A stretch of 63,753 nt of DNA, counting the filler, from Octopus bimaculoides (lineage: Eukaryota), in NCBI RefSeq assembly GCF_001194135.2. It is 5 parts of 5 records of this genome, joined end to end, with 100 filler letters (N's around TTAATTAATTAA, not from the genome) between each part and the next. Parts side by side here need not be neighbours in the genome. Positions count along the whole stretch, not along the records: positions 1 to 15,896 come from NC_068987.1; 4 more parts are not named here. One strand, given 5' to 3'. Shown here one piece after another: positions 1-11,882 of this stretch. The position numbers and the translations under genes were made by a program. The notes beneath the pieces are model-generated. The model had not been told where the DNA came from. It ran no database searches and was given only the letters and a program-made list of their open reading frames with translations. Numbering within the stretch: position 1 is the first letter of the stretch; each line of letters opens with the position of its first letter.

Positions 1-181
1 ATACATCCACACACGTATACACAAACTTGCATCATGTACATATGAGTGATAAAAGAAGTTCCTAAATGTGAGATGGAAACAGAACGAGATAGAATGAATA
101 AGATAAAGTGAAAGAGATGATGAAAGAGGGATTGAGAGAGGGACTGAAAAAGAGAGAGAGAGAGAGAAAAAAAGGAGAGCT

Positions 182-232
<51 letters not shown>

Positions 233-886
233 AAGATTGCGGATGTATGACGAAATTAGTGTGTTCTCATTGCTCTCAGCATTATATGTACGATATTTAC
301 GACACATTTTCTACGTAGTGTGTTATAAGGAATTGTGGAAGCTACTAAATTGAAGACGAAATACGAAGTGATTATTTTTGAAAATAAAACTAGTCATTAC
401 AGCGTTGTGAACGAATATTGCAAGAATATATTATTAGCGATACTCCAATATCCAAGAAGCGTTTTCAAGGACAGTACAACACGAATTAATATATAAGTTT
501 TTACACCTTAGACGCAAATGTTTGTAGTGAAAATAATATTTCATTGAATTCAAGAAAACAAATGGTAGAAGTATGAAGATGAAGAATTTTTCCATCCGGA
601 TATATTGTTAATTTTGATGTTTAATATATACATATATCTATAAACATACACACAAGAACACATGCACATAAGCGCTCACACACATTGGTACCCACAGGCA
701 CATATATTTTTCATTCAGGGAATGGCATTGACATTCGAATTCCGAAATAATCACTCAAGTCTTGTAAGTGCTATATTCTCAATAACCCTCCACTAACTCG
801 TTATTGAATGCTTTGTTTTGAATTGTGGTTCTTGCGATCTTTAACAGGACGCATATATATATATATATATATAGAACCATCTCACA

Positions 887-938
887 TGGTCTCTGATGAA
901 GGGATGTCCATAATACCCCAGAAACAGCTATAAGACTA
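887..938 (+). ncRNA. Type-I hammerhead ribozyme fold, degenerate
   Basis: Stem I TGGTCT/AGACTA; core CTGATGA (893-899); stem II GGG..CCC; GAAA (921-924); stem III C-AGCT-A; predicted cut after 932. Confidence 0.7.
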
Positions 939-3192
939 TATCTACAAATATAGACCACAGCATCATGAAGATCAACAAACTGATTTCAGAATACAACAAC
1001 TCACTTATCTATAATGAAAGAGGCAGACTACATCACCAATTTTGAGCCAAAACCCACAAACTTTTACGGCTTACCGAAAGTACATAAATCGGAAGATATT
1101 CAGCATTCAGTAAAAGAACAAGAAAGTGAGTACGTAGAATTACTGCATCCAAAAGACTTAAAACTTAGACCTATTATAGCTGGTCCAACATGCCCTTCCC
1201 ACCATCTAAGCAATTTTATTGACATTGTTTTGAAACCACTATGTGCCTACACACCCAGTTTCATCCGGGATGATATCGACGTCTCCCCAAAGCAACTGAA
1301 ATAAATTCACTTCTACTTAATTTTGATGTGGTAATATTCCGCCAATATTCCACATAATTTAGGGATAAAGGCGATTATATACTGGGTAGAAAAACATAGA
1401 CAAGTGATCCCCAACAGATTCACAGTGCCATTTATACTAGACATAGTCAGACTTATTCTGGAAAACAATACATTCTTATTCAATAGAAAAAATTACATCC
1501 AAATTAAAGGCACGGCGATGATAACGAGGTTTGCTCCCGTTTACACGAACTCTGTAATGGGATATTTAGAACAACAACTTTACCAACTAGTAGAGGAAAA
1601 CTATAGCACTGGATTTAGAAAGTATATTCAAAAGGCATGGAAGAGATATCTTGACGATTGTCTCAGTATCTGGACAAAATATCTAAATACTCTGGAAAAG
1701 TTTAATATCCTCATGATCAACCTACACCCACCTCTCCAATTTACAAAGCAGATGAGTGCTACCAAATTACCATTCGTAGATAAGATATAATGGTAATTAA
1801 AAAGGACACCACCTTTACCTCAGATATATACTACAAACACACGGACACATATCAATACCTCAATTTTAAGTCGTGCCATCCACCACATACAAAACGCAGC
1901 ATCCCATAACTGCCTAGTCAGAAAAATTTGTACCATTGTAGAAGATGCGAATATCAGGAACAAAGGCCTAACAGAACTTAGTAAATTTTGCTTAAACAGA
2001 AATACACACAGAAAATGACACACAGCGGCCTATAAAAATACCCATACAACAACTGAAGACATCCCCCCCCCAAAGGAAAACAGGAACAAATCATACCATT
2101 TATAGTGACCCACAACCTAAGTCACCAGAATATCTTCGACATTGCCAAAGCAAACCTACCAATCATTACTCAAAGTAATGAATTAAAAGATATAATCACA
2201 GTAAAAGAATCTAAGAACTTGAAAAAATTTTAACACCGCAAAGTTTGACCTTAGCAACAAAGACCATTCATTCAGTGTATCTAAATGCAATGACAGCAAT
2301 GTGGCACATGCCAATTCATACACACCGGTCAATATATGAACACAAACACCGGAAAAAATATTCACAAACGCAAATATGAACTGCAAAAGCAGAAATTCAA
2401 TTTACTGCATCAAATGTTCGAATTGTGAAGAACTATATGTACGTCAGACTAGGAATGCACTATCAGAATGTTCACGTACGCACCGACAGTAAATTAGAGG
2501 CCCAGTCGTCCGTCAGTTACCTTTGAGCAACCATCTAGCAACATGAGGTCGGAAAATATTTATAATATTTCCATTCTACAAACTACACAGTCCAAGTGAA
2601 ATTGAGAGATAAATCAAATAAAAGAACTTTATTAATAAAATCCAACCCAAGCTAAATAAACAATAATACTAGTCCTTAGAGGTACTATTTCTACTGCTAC
2701 GACCACTACCACTAACAGCAACAACAATACTAAAGGCGATCAAGATGACGATTGCAGGAAAATACTAGGTAAATCAAGAGAAAAGTTAGTAAAAAATCTT
2801 ATTTTGGGGTTTAAAGTTCTATTACCACAGCTACGCCTACCTCGCCATCAACAACAACGACAACATTAATAAAGGAGATGATAATGGTGATGAGGATAAT
2901 TGAAATGTAAAAATCCCTTGGAAATGTTTACAACATTTCTAAAAATAGCCTAACAGTTACTGCTTTGGCCAGGGTCAAAATACAGGTCTCTTGACATGTT
3001 CGACAATTCGTGATGCCTAAACCAAACACCAATCAAGTTAAGTAATTTAGTAAAATCACACACGGGTTGGTCAGACTACAGTGTGCAAATTTAACATTCT
3101 GGAGCGTATACAAATGTATGTAAGGCACACAGTTTAGCCATCTTACAGTTGTAAATTGTAAAACGTAACTGGTAACTGTAAGCACTACTACA

Positions 3193-3237
3193 TGAACCTG
3201 AAGATTGCATAGTTTAATACATGACAGTACTAGTTCA
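3193..3237 (+). ncRNA. Type-I hammerhead ribozyme fold at PLE 3' end, degenerate
   Basis: Stem I TGAAC/GTTCA; core CTGAAGA; stem II TGCAT/ATACA; GACA instead of GAAA; palindromic stem III AGTACT; CTA cleavage triplet. Confidence 0.65.
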
Positions 3238-4333
3238 GTCAGAATGGACATTTAATAATCTATCATTTCATTATATTATCTTATATTATATTATTATAAG
3301 ATTGTAAATAAAACGTGAAAATCAAAGTTGGAATTTCTTTGAGTAATATATATATATATTTGGCCTCTGGGATACAAAACCGTGAATTTTAGTCTGGTTT
3401 TGATTTCAAGTTTCGTTTAAACGTACATCTAAATCAGATAAATTCTATTTTTAGTAAGTACAATGATCAGTTTTACTATGATAAAAGAAGAAAAAAATAA
3501 AGCAAGCGTGGCAAAATTTTATAACCCATAAATTGTAGATTCAGTTTCGGTAATATTTGAACTGTAGTCTAATATAGACTATCGCGAAAAGAGAGCAGAC
3601 AGAAAAACTTTTGTGCTCTCTGGTTATTTCGATAGTCTAGACGCGTAATGATTTCTTTTTGACTACAAACATGATTAATTTCGTAGACTAATTAACGTAA
3701 ATCTATTATGTGTTGTACAGATGGCACGTGAAATGAATGCCGACTGTTATTAAACTTAATACTATTACTCGTTGACTATCAAAACTAAGAATCTATCCAT
3801 TTTCACCGTACTGTATTGATTTCATTTATGATATCAAGGTAGGGCAGTGAGGTGTTTGTTTGTAGACGTTGATTCTATGAGGAGAAATAAGCAACGTAAA
3901 TTAAATTTACACAGTGAGTGTAGTTAGAATTGAAGCTGCAGTCTAGTTTTGTCAGAAGCTTGTCTTTACTATATGATTTCTCCTCAATGCATCGGATCTG
4001 TCGACATTCTGCCAATTCACCGCTGCCAATACTGCATTCACTATTCCCATATATATGATACGGTTTAAAAACATGCTATTAATAATGTACTGATACCTGG
4101 TCCTTTTGCTAACTTTATTACTGTGTTCATTTGCCCTTTAGGAAACTGTAAAGATGAGGTAGTTTCAATTCCTAATTGAGCCATAATAATGTATCTTCTG
4201 ATTGATTGAGACAATTGAATTTTGTCATTTGCAATGTCTACTTCAAATTCTTTAAGCTGTAGCAGAGGCATAGACTGCGTCTTTGGCATTATGATGGACT
4301 TCAGGTTTTTCTTTCTTTATGAAAACTGTTTTT

Positions 4334-4546
4334 AAGGTAGCGAACTGGCAGAATCGTTAGAACGCTGGCAAAATGCTTAGTGGTGTTTCGTCCGTCTTTA
4401 CCTTCTGTATTGAAATATCACCTAAGTAGACTTTGCCATTCAACCTTTCTGGGTTGCTAAAATAAGTACCTGTTAAGCACTGGAGTCTATGTACTCAACA
4501 AACTCACTTCCTCGAAATCGCCGGCCTTGTGCCAAAATTTGAAACT
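4334..4546 (+). mobile_element. SINE family A (tRNA-like head)
   Basis: Matches the recurrent motif chain GGC/TAGCGAnCTGGCAGAA..GTTAG..GACTTTGCC..AAGTACC..GGCCTTGTGCCAAAA seen more than 10 times in the window. Confidence 0.8.
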
Positions 4547-4599
4547 ATTATGGAAGCAATTTGGAATTAAATATTTTCCCTTAGGCTCATTTTTAAGGT

Positions 4600-4730
4600 A
4601 ATTGAGTCGATTCAATAAACCTCGCTATTTGACTGGGTGGCTTTAATTGATCCTGGGTAAATAAAAGAAAAAGTCAACCTCGATAGGATTTGAACTCAGA
4701 ATACGTAGAGATGTGCCTGAATACTGCAAG
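4600..4730 (-). mobile_element. SINE family A, partial, diverged
   Basis: Reverse complement carries GTTCAAATCC and GAGGTTGACTTT. Confidence 0.6.
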
Positions 4731-5562
4731 TTTTTGTTTTGTTCATGCCCCATCTCATCTACTGGAATTAATGAAAGTAGTATGTTTACAGCGGGTGAGG
4801 TATCGATTTTTAATTTAACAGATCATCGATTCAATTGCACCATCATCATCTTTGATCTTAATTTTCCCTTTATCGGTAAGAGTTGAGTCTTATAAGAAGG
4901 CAAATATTCCCCTTTTCAACCACCACCTGAATCTAGGAAAAAATGTTAAATCGACCGTACTCATTAGTTTGCTCCATCATTTGAAAGAGCGATAATATAG
5001 CAGATATTTTGCTTGTTAATTAAAGACCCTTGAGAGAGTGCAAAAATTTGTAGTCGTAGAACGTATGGAATCTTTCTTGTCGGAAGATAAGGAGTTCGTA
5101 TTACGCCAATAGCATTACGGTAATTTTTGTACTCTGTACGGAAGACTCTGAATTACTAAAACGTATTTCACTTCGCAGAAAAATCTCAAAGCACAAATAG
5201 GAAATCTAACTAAATATAACGGAGAAATTACTCTCAATTCGCATATCTTTAAGTCTCTTAAAAAAATAATAAAGCAACAAAAAGATTAGGTGGAGTAGAT
5301 CTAAATACACAATGGCATTGCCATAAAGAGAATCATCAAATATAATCTAGCGGTTGAACGGAAATTACTGCAACTTTATAATGGAAAGAAACTCACATAA
5401 AATTGAATTATTAAAAAAAAAAACGACTTAGTGGTGAAACACTGAAGATCTAGAACAGTTGCTGTTATATTTTAATGATCAAATTTGTACCTCACCTACT
5501 ATTAGTCTCGGGGAAATGGAAGGATACCATGTAAGTTTGTTCGTACTTATATACATAACTTC

Positions 5563-5755
5563 TGTCTTTTACTTGTTTCAGTCATTAGACTGCGGTCATG
5601 CTAGGGCATCGCCTTGAAGAATATCTAGTCGAATATATCAACCTCAATACTTATTTCTTAAAAGTCTGTACTTATTCTATCGGTTTCTCTTACCGAACTG
5701 CTATGTTACGGAGACATAAACACACTAGCGCCGGTTGTCAAGCGGTGGTAGACAC
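5563..5755 (+). repeat. Interspersed repeat family B with (CA)n tail
   Basis: TACTTGTTTCAGTCATTAGACTGCGG.CATGCT..CTTATTCTATCGG..GGTTGTCAAGCGG; about 10 copies in the window. Confidence 0.8.
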
Positions 5756-5899
5756 ACACACATACACACACACACACACACGCACACACACACACACACA
5801 CGCACACATATGTATAATTCTTGTTTGGAACAGTGTCTTTCGAAGCACACATAAGACAATTCTTTTGGATAGTAGAAGTCCACTTTTTCTACCCAAAAC

Positions 5900-6052
5900 G
5901 GTTTTTCAACCAAATATTTGCATACTATCATATATAGCTTTTTGTGTGCTCCGAGATCCCCAAGAATTATTTTGCGTCCTTCGAGATCCCCAGCCCCGAG
6001 AAAGAATTATTTCGCGTCCTCTCGAAAGTTTATAAAATTCTTTTGACGTCAA
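5900..6052 (+). repeat. Short repeat family with internal subrepeats, ends in TGACGTCA
   Basis: Aligns to 36452-36560 and 36671-36822 (CGAGATCC..GAATTATTT..CGAAAGTTTATAAAAT..TGACGTCA). Confidence 0.65.
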
Positions 6053-7254
6053 CAATATATATGTACGTATATACGGGTGGGTGCTTTTTGTCTATGGAAT
6101 ATTACATTAAAAACGATGTAGGAACAAGTGAGAAACTCAGAGGAAAAATATACAATGAACGTGGAATTAGTTTAGCGTTGGAAGACAAGTAATTGAAAAG
6201 TGGATGGAGTATATATAAAGTGTAGAGTGTCTCGACGATCAAAAATTTAAACGTTTTTCAGAAAAGAAAAGAGACACACAGGGAAAAGGAAGTGTGGGTG
6301 TGAAATAGAAGTTGAAAAATATATAAAAAAAAAATGTATGCTGGTGGAAACATAAAGAGATGGTATAGGCGTGTGTATTGGTCGGGTTTACGTATGTGTA
6401 TAAAAGTGTGTATGTAAATTATGTGATGTTGGTTAGATAGTTTTTGGAATGATGTCGGTAGTTGGGTAATTTTTGCGTAAGTAGTTTATGTGGGTCTGTG
6501 AGCACTCGAGCGCGTATGTGGTATATGACTAATTGTGTCATAGAAGTGGTGTTACGTTGGTAGAGATGCAAACAAATGTGTAATACAAATGGCATTATTT
6601 GTGTGTGCATGTGCCTAACTCAAAAGCGTGTTATATGTATATGTGTACGTATGCATGTGAGTGTGCGTATGTTATGTAAAGAGTCATATGCTTGTAATGT
6701 TGAGTAGAATGCACACGTTTGTATATGTGTGTGTGTGTGTGTGCGTGGGTGGGCATGTGCGTGGGTGGGCGTGTGCGTGAGTATGTATACTCAGTGTGAA
6801 TGGATATAATTAATGTTGTACATAATTAGTGTAACACAATAAATCATGAACTCGCACGAAGTACGCATGCATACATACACACACAAATATATACTTACAT
6901 TCTTATGCATGTGTGTGTGTATGTGTATTAATGTGTTGTATTACTGTGTGTTCATGCCTGTGTGTATGTTTGTGTATGTATGCATATTGTGATAGAGCCA
7001 CCATAAATGTGGCTCCTTAAGTAGAATAAAACTATCTTTGGTGATCAAGTCTGGACATTAGTGGTGATTATCGTCTCTAATTACGGGGTAAAAGGGGGGG
7101 ATGAGAATCGGTACATGGTGTAAGTAGTTGGTGTATGTATACCCTGCCATATGTGTGTGTCTTTGTTTGTATTAGTGTATTAATTTATCACTGTGTGTGT
7201 ACTCATCAGATTCATAGAAATGGCTCGTATGTGTATAACGCGTACATCTAAGTG

Positions 7255-7470
7255 GAGGTTTATTCATTTCAAATTTCCAGCTACCTTGAGCGACTTATCG
7301 TCTCTCACTTTCACTGACACAGGCATTTCATGGTTGAATACTTGCAACTCTGTTTTCTTTGCGTTACAGTACACTCTTACTTCTCCCGATTCCTGCTCTA
7401 ATCTGCTCAGCACTTCCTGTGCCTGATCTGTCCTCTCTGTTAGTAAAATCAGGCCAAAAGCATATGCAGT
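7255..7470 (-). mobile_element. RTE-clade LINE RT fragment
   Basis: Translates AYAFGLILLTERTDQAQEVLSRLEQESGEVRVYCNAKKTE, matching the YADD..LN.KKTE region. Confidence 0.7.
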
Positions 7471-7584
7471 TTGAATCCCAGTTTTTCTTTCTTATTTAAG
7501 TGGATAGCATATGTTCATATATTTATAACTATACGTAGTTTTTGAGTGTATGATATCAAAGTCTCACATTATCGACAAGACCAT

Positions 7585-7735
7585 TAGACACTGTTATAAA
7601 CTGGTTGCCACATTTCGCTTCCAATTCTGTCTTGATTGTACCATTTTTTTCCGTCTTGACCCGAATTGCTTGAAGAAATTGGTTTCGCATCGTCGTGGAG
7701 GCCTTCCAAGTGGTCTTTTCCAGTTTCCAAGTGTA
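7585..7735 (-). mobile_element. RTE-clade LINE C-terminal fragment
   Basis: Translates WKRPLGRPPRR..QSRQNWKR, typical of the RTE C-terminus. Confidence 0.65.
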
Positions 7736-8351
7736 TATATAGCGTTAATGTGCATATACATGTAGTTATGTGGACATACATGTTATATAGTGTAAATATC
7801 TGTGTGTTTGAATATGTGAGTGTGTATGTGTGTGTGTGTGTGTAGAGAGGTATGTGGTGGTTGGAGGTTGTGATGGCGCTTTCATCTATCTGTGTGTGAT
7901 AGAAAGTTTTACAAACGTGCAGTTGTTGGCGTTTCTGCTTCTTTTCTCTTAACTTGCTAGGATTCACAAGCAGGCAGTGTAAATCCCTTGCAATGAACCC
8001 ATCTTCAATATTCGAGAATTCTCCGGGTTACTCTGTTCAATATTTCTGTAAAAAGGAATACGTTTACGGTTAATAAACATTTCTGTGAGGTTCATAAAAT
8101 AGGTGAAAAAGGAACACGCCATTTGTGAAATATTAATCATACCACGTCGTCGCAATAAGAGGCAATAGACAACATGTAGTACTGGCATTTGCTGGAATTT
8201 ACGGAGAACATAAAGGATGGACAAAATAACGTACGTTTGTAGTTAAAACAACGTTTGTTACAAGTAATAAGCTCTGAAGATTAGCTAAGTAGATTTATGT
8301 GTCAAAAGTTATGTAACAAACATTATTTTAGCCATGAAACATTCGTAGTCA

Positions 8352-8353
<2 letters not shown>

Positions 8354-8437
<84 letters not shown>

Positions 8438-8510
8438 GTATATATATATAATACATATGTATATATGTATATATATATATAAATAAAATATATATATATA
8501 TACATATGTA
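8354..8510. repeat. (TA)n microsatellite
   Basis: Long near-perfect TA tract. Confidence 0.95.
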
Positions 8511-8899
8511 AATATATCCATATACATACACCCACATATATATGCATTTGTGCTTATATATCTATATGTATATGTGTGTTTGTATGTAGATGTATGTAAA
8601 CACATACAATATATAATACATATGCACGTACACATACGCACTCACACATGTGCGCGCGCACACACACACGCGTGCGTAACTTTACTGAGACAAGCTGCTA
8701 CGACAAAAAATCGAAAGAAAAGGAAATTACAAATGCTATCTTAAAGTCATGAGATTTTATGAGCGAGTTTGTAGTAAATGAAATTAATACTGAATGAAAT
8801 AGTTAAGTTAAGGAATTAAAACTTCGCTCTGTTTATCGTTTCAACAGACAGAATTCATTAATTGAAAGGTGAATGTGTCATCACCGATAACCTTTAATA

Positions 8900-9375
8900 T
8901 ATTGCTATTGAAATTCTCATATATTCCTCTTGAACACGTGATATGGAGGTCACTTACTAGAAAGAAAATCATAGTAGTAGTAGTTTCAACGCTCGTCGAA
9001 AGGTGTCTGCAACATCGTGCTTCGTTAAGTTTGTGCTCTCTTTCAGAGAGTGTGGCATAAAATTATGCTGATAAATAATAGACGTAATATATAGAGTTCG
9101 GTAACGAGGCGAGCTGGCAGAAACGTTAGCACGTGGTATTTCGTCTGTCTTTACGTTCTGAACTCAAATTCCGTCGAGGTCGACTTTGCCTTTATCATTT
9201 CGGGATCGATAAATTAAGTACTAGTTGCATACTGGGGTCGATCTAGTCGACTTGTCCACTCACCCAAAAATTCGGGCCGTTTGCTTACAGTAGAAAAGAG
9301 TTTATTGCTATTGAAATTCTCATATATTCCTCTTAACACGACATATGGAGATCACTTACTAGAAAGAAAATAGTG

Positions 9376-9444
<69 letters not shown>

Positions 9445-9559
9445 TACGTCTTTCGAAAGGTGTCTGCAACATCATGCTTCGTTAAGTTTGTGTGCTGTTT
9501 CAGGGTGGGTGGCATAAAATTACACTGATAAGGAATAGATGTAATACATAGAGTTCGGT
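8900..9559 (+). repeat. ~200-bp direct repeat (8900-9102 and 9303-9559) flanking a SINE
   Basis: Both copies start ATTGCTATTGAAATTCTCATATATTCCTCTT and end ATAGAGTTCGGT; copy 2 has an expanded (TAG)n. Confidence 0.9.
9106..9300 (+). mobile_element. SINE family A
   Basis: GAGGCGAGCTGGCAGAAACGTTAGC..GAGGTCGACTTTGCC..GGGGTCGAT. Confidence 0.85.
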
Positions 9560-10971
9560 GTGTGTGTATGTGTGTGTGTGTTGCATCAAAAGAAAAGGCC
9601 ATATCTGATTATCAGTAACTCTTATAACAATGCATAGTAAAACTGTTACACATAATGATGAATGGAATCTGTGTTCATTAGAGGGCGTACACACTGTGTG
9701 AGAGAACAATCAAAGAAAATGGGAAGAAAAGTGGAGAAGGGTGAGGGAAAGGTAGAAGGAGGTAAATATTGGAAAGTAGGAGATTGGACATTAAGATGAA
9801 CTTCAAGAGAAAAAGGAACGTTATATAGGTGTCAAAGAAAATGTTGAATTATATCTTTGAAGATGTGGTCTTAGAAGACACACGCACACACACAAATACC
9901 CAAACATATACGCACATATGCACGCACTCAAGCTTCTCCCCCATACACTGTCGTATAGTCGGGGATACACACTCTTGCATATAGATACATACATTGGATT
10001 TATACAATTTGAACTATTTTCTCTCTCTATCTCTACATATTCATTTATACGCACATTCATGCATACCCGCATACACACACACACATTTATGTATAGGTGT
10101 ATACGGATAGTCAGTTAAATTAATTTTTTTTTTTTGCTCAATTTGTTACTCCATCATCATTTGTCTGAAAAGAGGTAAAATTCATTGAAATTTCAGAAAC
10201 AACAAACAAGTTGTCGCGGAAGAATAGAGATACAAAAAAAAAACAAAAAAACATAAAATACTACGGAAAAAAGTATTTTTCATGTTAATTCAAAAAACAT
10301 TAGAAAAGATTGTATTTATCGATGGGCTGTAGGGAAAGAAAACCTGAACGATTTTATTTGACAATCTCTCTCTCTCTCACCCTGTATATATATATATATA
10401 TNNNNNNNNNNNNNNNNNNNNNNNNNNNNNNNNNNNNNNNNNNNNNNNNNNNNNNNNNNNNNNNNNNNNNNNNNNNNNNNNNNNNNNNNNNNNNNNNNNN
10501 NNNNNNNNNNNNNNNNNNNNNNNNNNNNNNNNNNNNNNNNNNNNNNNNNNNNNNNNNNNNNNNNNNNNNNNNNNNNNNNNNNNNNNNNNNNNNNNNNNNN
10601 NNNNNNNNNNNNNNNNNNNNNNNNNNNNNNNNNNNNNNNNNNNNNNNNNNNNNNNNNNNNNNNNNNNNNNNNNNNNNNNNNNNNNNNNNNNNNNNNNNNN
10701 NNNNNNNNNNNNNNNNNNNNNNNNNNNNNNNNNNNNNNNNNNNNNNNNNNNNNNNNNNNNNNNNNNNNNNNNNNNNNNNNNNNNNNNNNNNNNNNNNNNN
10801 NNNNNNNNNNNNNNNNNNNNNNNNNNNNNNNNNNNNNNNNNNNNNNNNNNNNNNNNNNNNNNNNNNNNNNNNNNNNNNNNNNNNNNNNNNNNNNNNNNNN
10901 NNNNNNNNNNNNNNNNNNNNNNNNNNNNNNNNNNNNNNNNNNNNNNNNNNNNNNNNNNNNNNNNNNNNNGA

Positions 10972-11040
10972 GACTCCTTGTAATAACAGTGTAGCAACAC
11001 GGTGGTGCACCAGCATGGCCGCAGCTCTAAGCTGAAACTT
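10972..11040 (-). repeat. Repeat family B, partial (runs into gap)
   Basis: CAGCATGGCCGCAG..CTGAAAC, reverse complement of the family B 5' end. Confidence 0.55.
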
Positions 11041-11064
11041 AAAAAAAAAAAATATATATATATA

Positions 11065-11824
11065 AAAATTTAACGGAATGAGATAAAAATCCAAAGCAGT
11101 GAAAGATTTTAGAACATTTATAAAGAGGTCTTACAGCTGTTTCTGAGATATTTTATATATCTCTTCATCGGAAATGGTGTGAGAAAATGGTTGAGCAATA
11201 GTTATTCTACATAAGATATGAAATAGAGAGTGAAGTGGAGGAATGAAAATAGACGTGAGTTATGCAGGGATATTGTATCTGCAGTTCCATTATTTAGGCA
11301 GAATGGTATACATATACCTTGTGTGTAAGTTCCAATAGTATTTAAAATTGGTCATCCCAAGCATCGAGTTTGTAAACGGTGTTATTGAATCGAGGGATTT
11401 TTTGAAATGACTCAAAAGTTGGGAATGTGTTAGTAAGGTCAAATCAAAAACAGGAAGAGAGGAAAAAAGGAAAGAAGAAAAAACAAAAGCGGGGAGGGAG
11501 ATAATAAAGAAAAGAAGATTGGGAAAGTGTACTGGTTAGTGGTCAGTCAGGATAAATTGATAGAAGGAATGTGGAGGTGAGGGTGATAGAGAGAGAAAGA
11601 TATGAGCGTGTAAAGAGATGAGAGAGGATAAAGAGTAAAGGAGCGTCAAGTATGTAGTGATGTAGAGCCTAAGTGAGGTGCAGAGAGAGGGGGTAGGAGT
11701 AGTAAAATGGTGGAATGAAGAATTCGGGAATATAAGTTAGGTTGCTTAGTAGTAGGAAAAAAATATATATATGTGAAGATGCATACACATGCATATATTA
11801 AACATGTATATACATATTTATACT

Positions 11825-11882
<58 letters not shown>

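Larger units (their letters stand above)
874..3346 (+). mobile_element. Penelope-like retroelement, 5'-truncated and decayed (RT + GIY-YIG + 3' terminal region)
   Basis: Frameshifted RT motifs FYGLPKVHK, LRPIIAGP, QIKGTAM, WKRYLDDC, LHPPLQFT, then YKHTDTYQYLNFKSCHPPH. GIY-YIG-like NCKSRNSIYCIKCSNCEELYVRQT..R..HR at 2373-2666 with stops. Bounded by (TA)n at 853-873 and 3346-3359. Confidence 0.93.

Noticed and set aside
245-400. VCSHCSQHY resembling a GIY-YIG start
   Set aside because: No YIG or downstream conserved residues.
6995-7015. 7-bp hairpin GAGCCAC/GTGGCTC as a Helitron 3' end
   Set aside because: No CTRR terminus at the expected distance and no Helitron 5' end.
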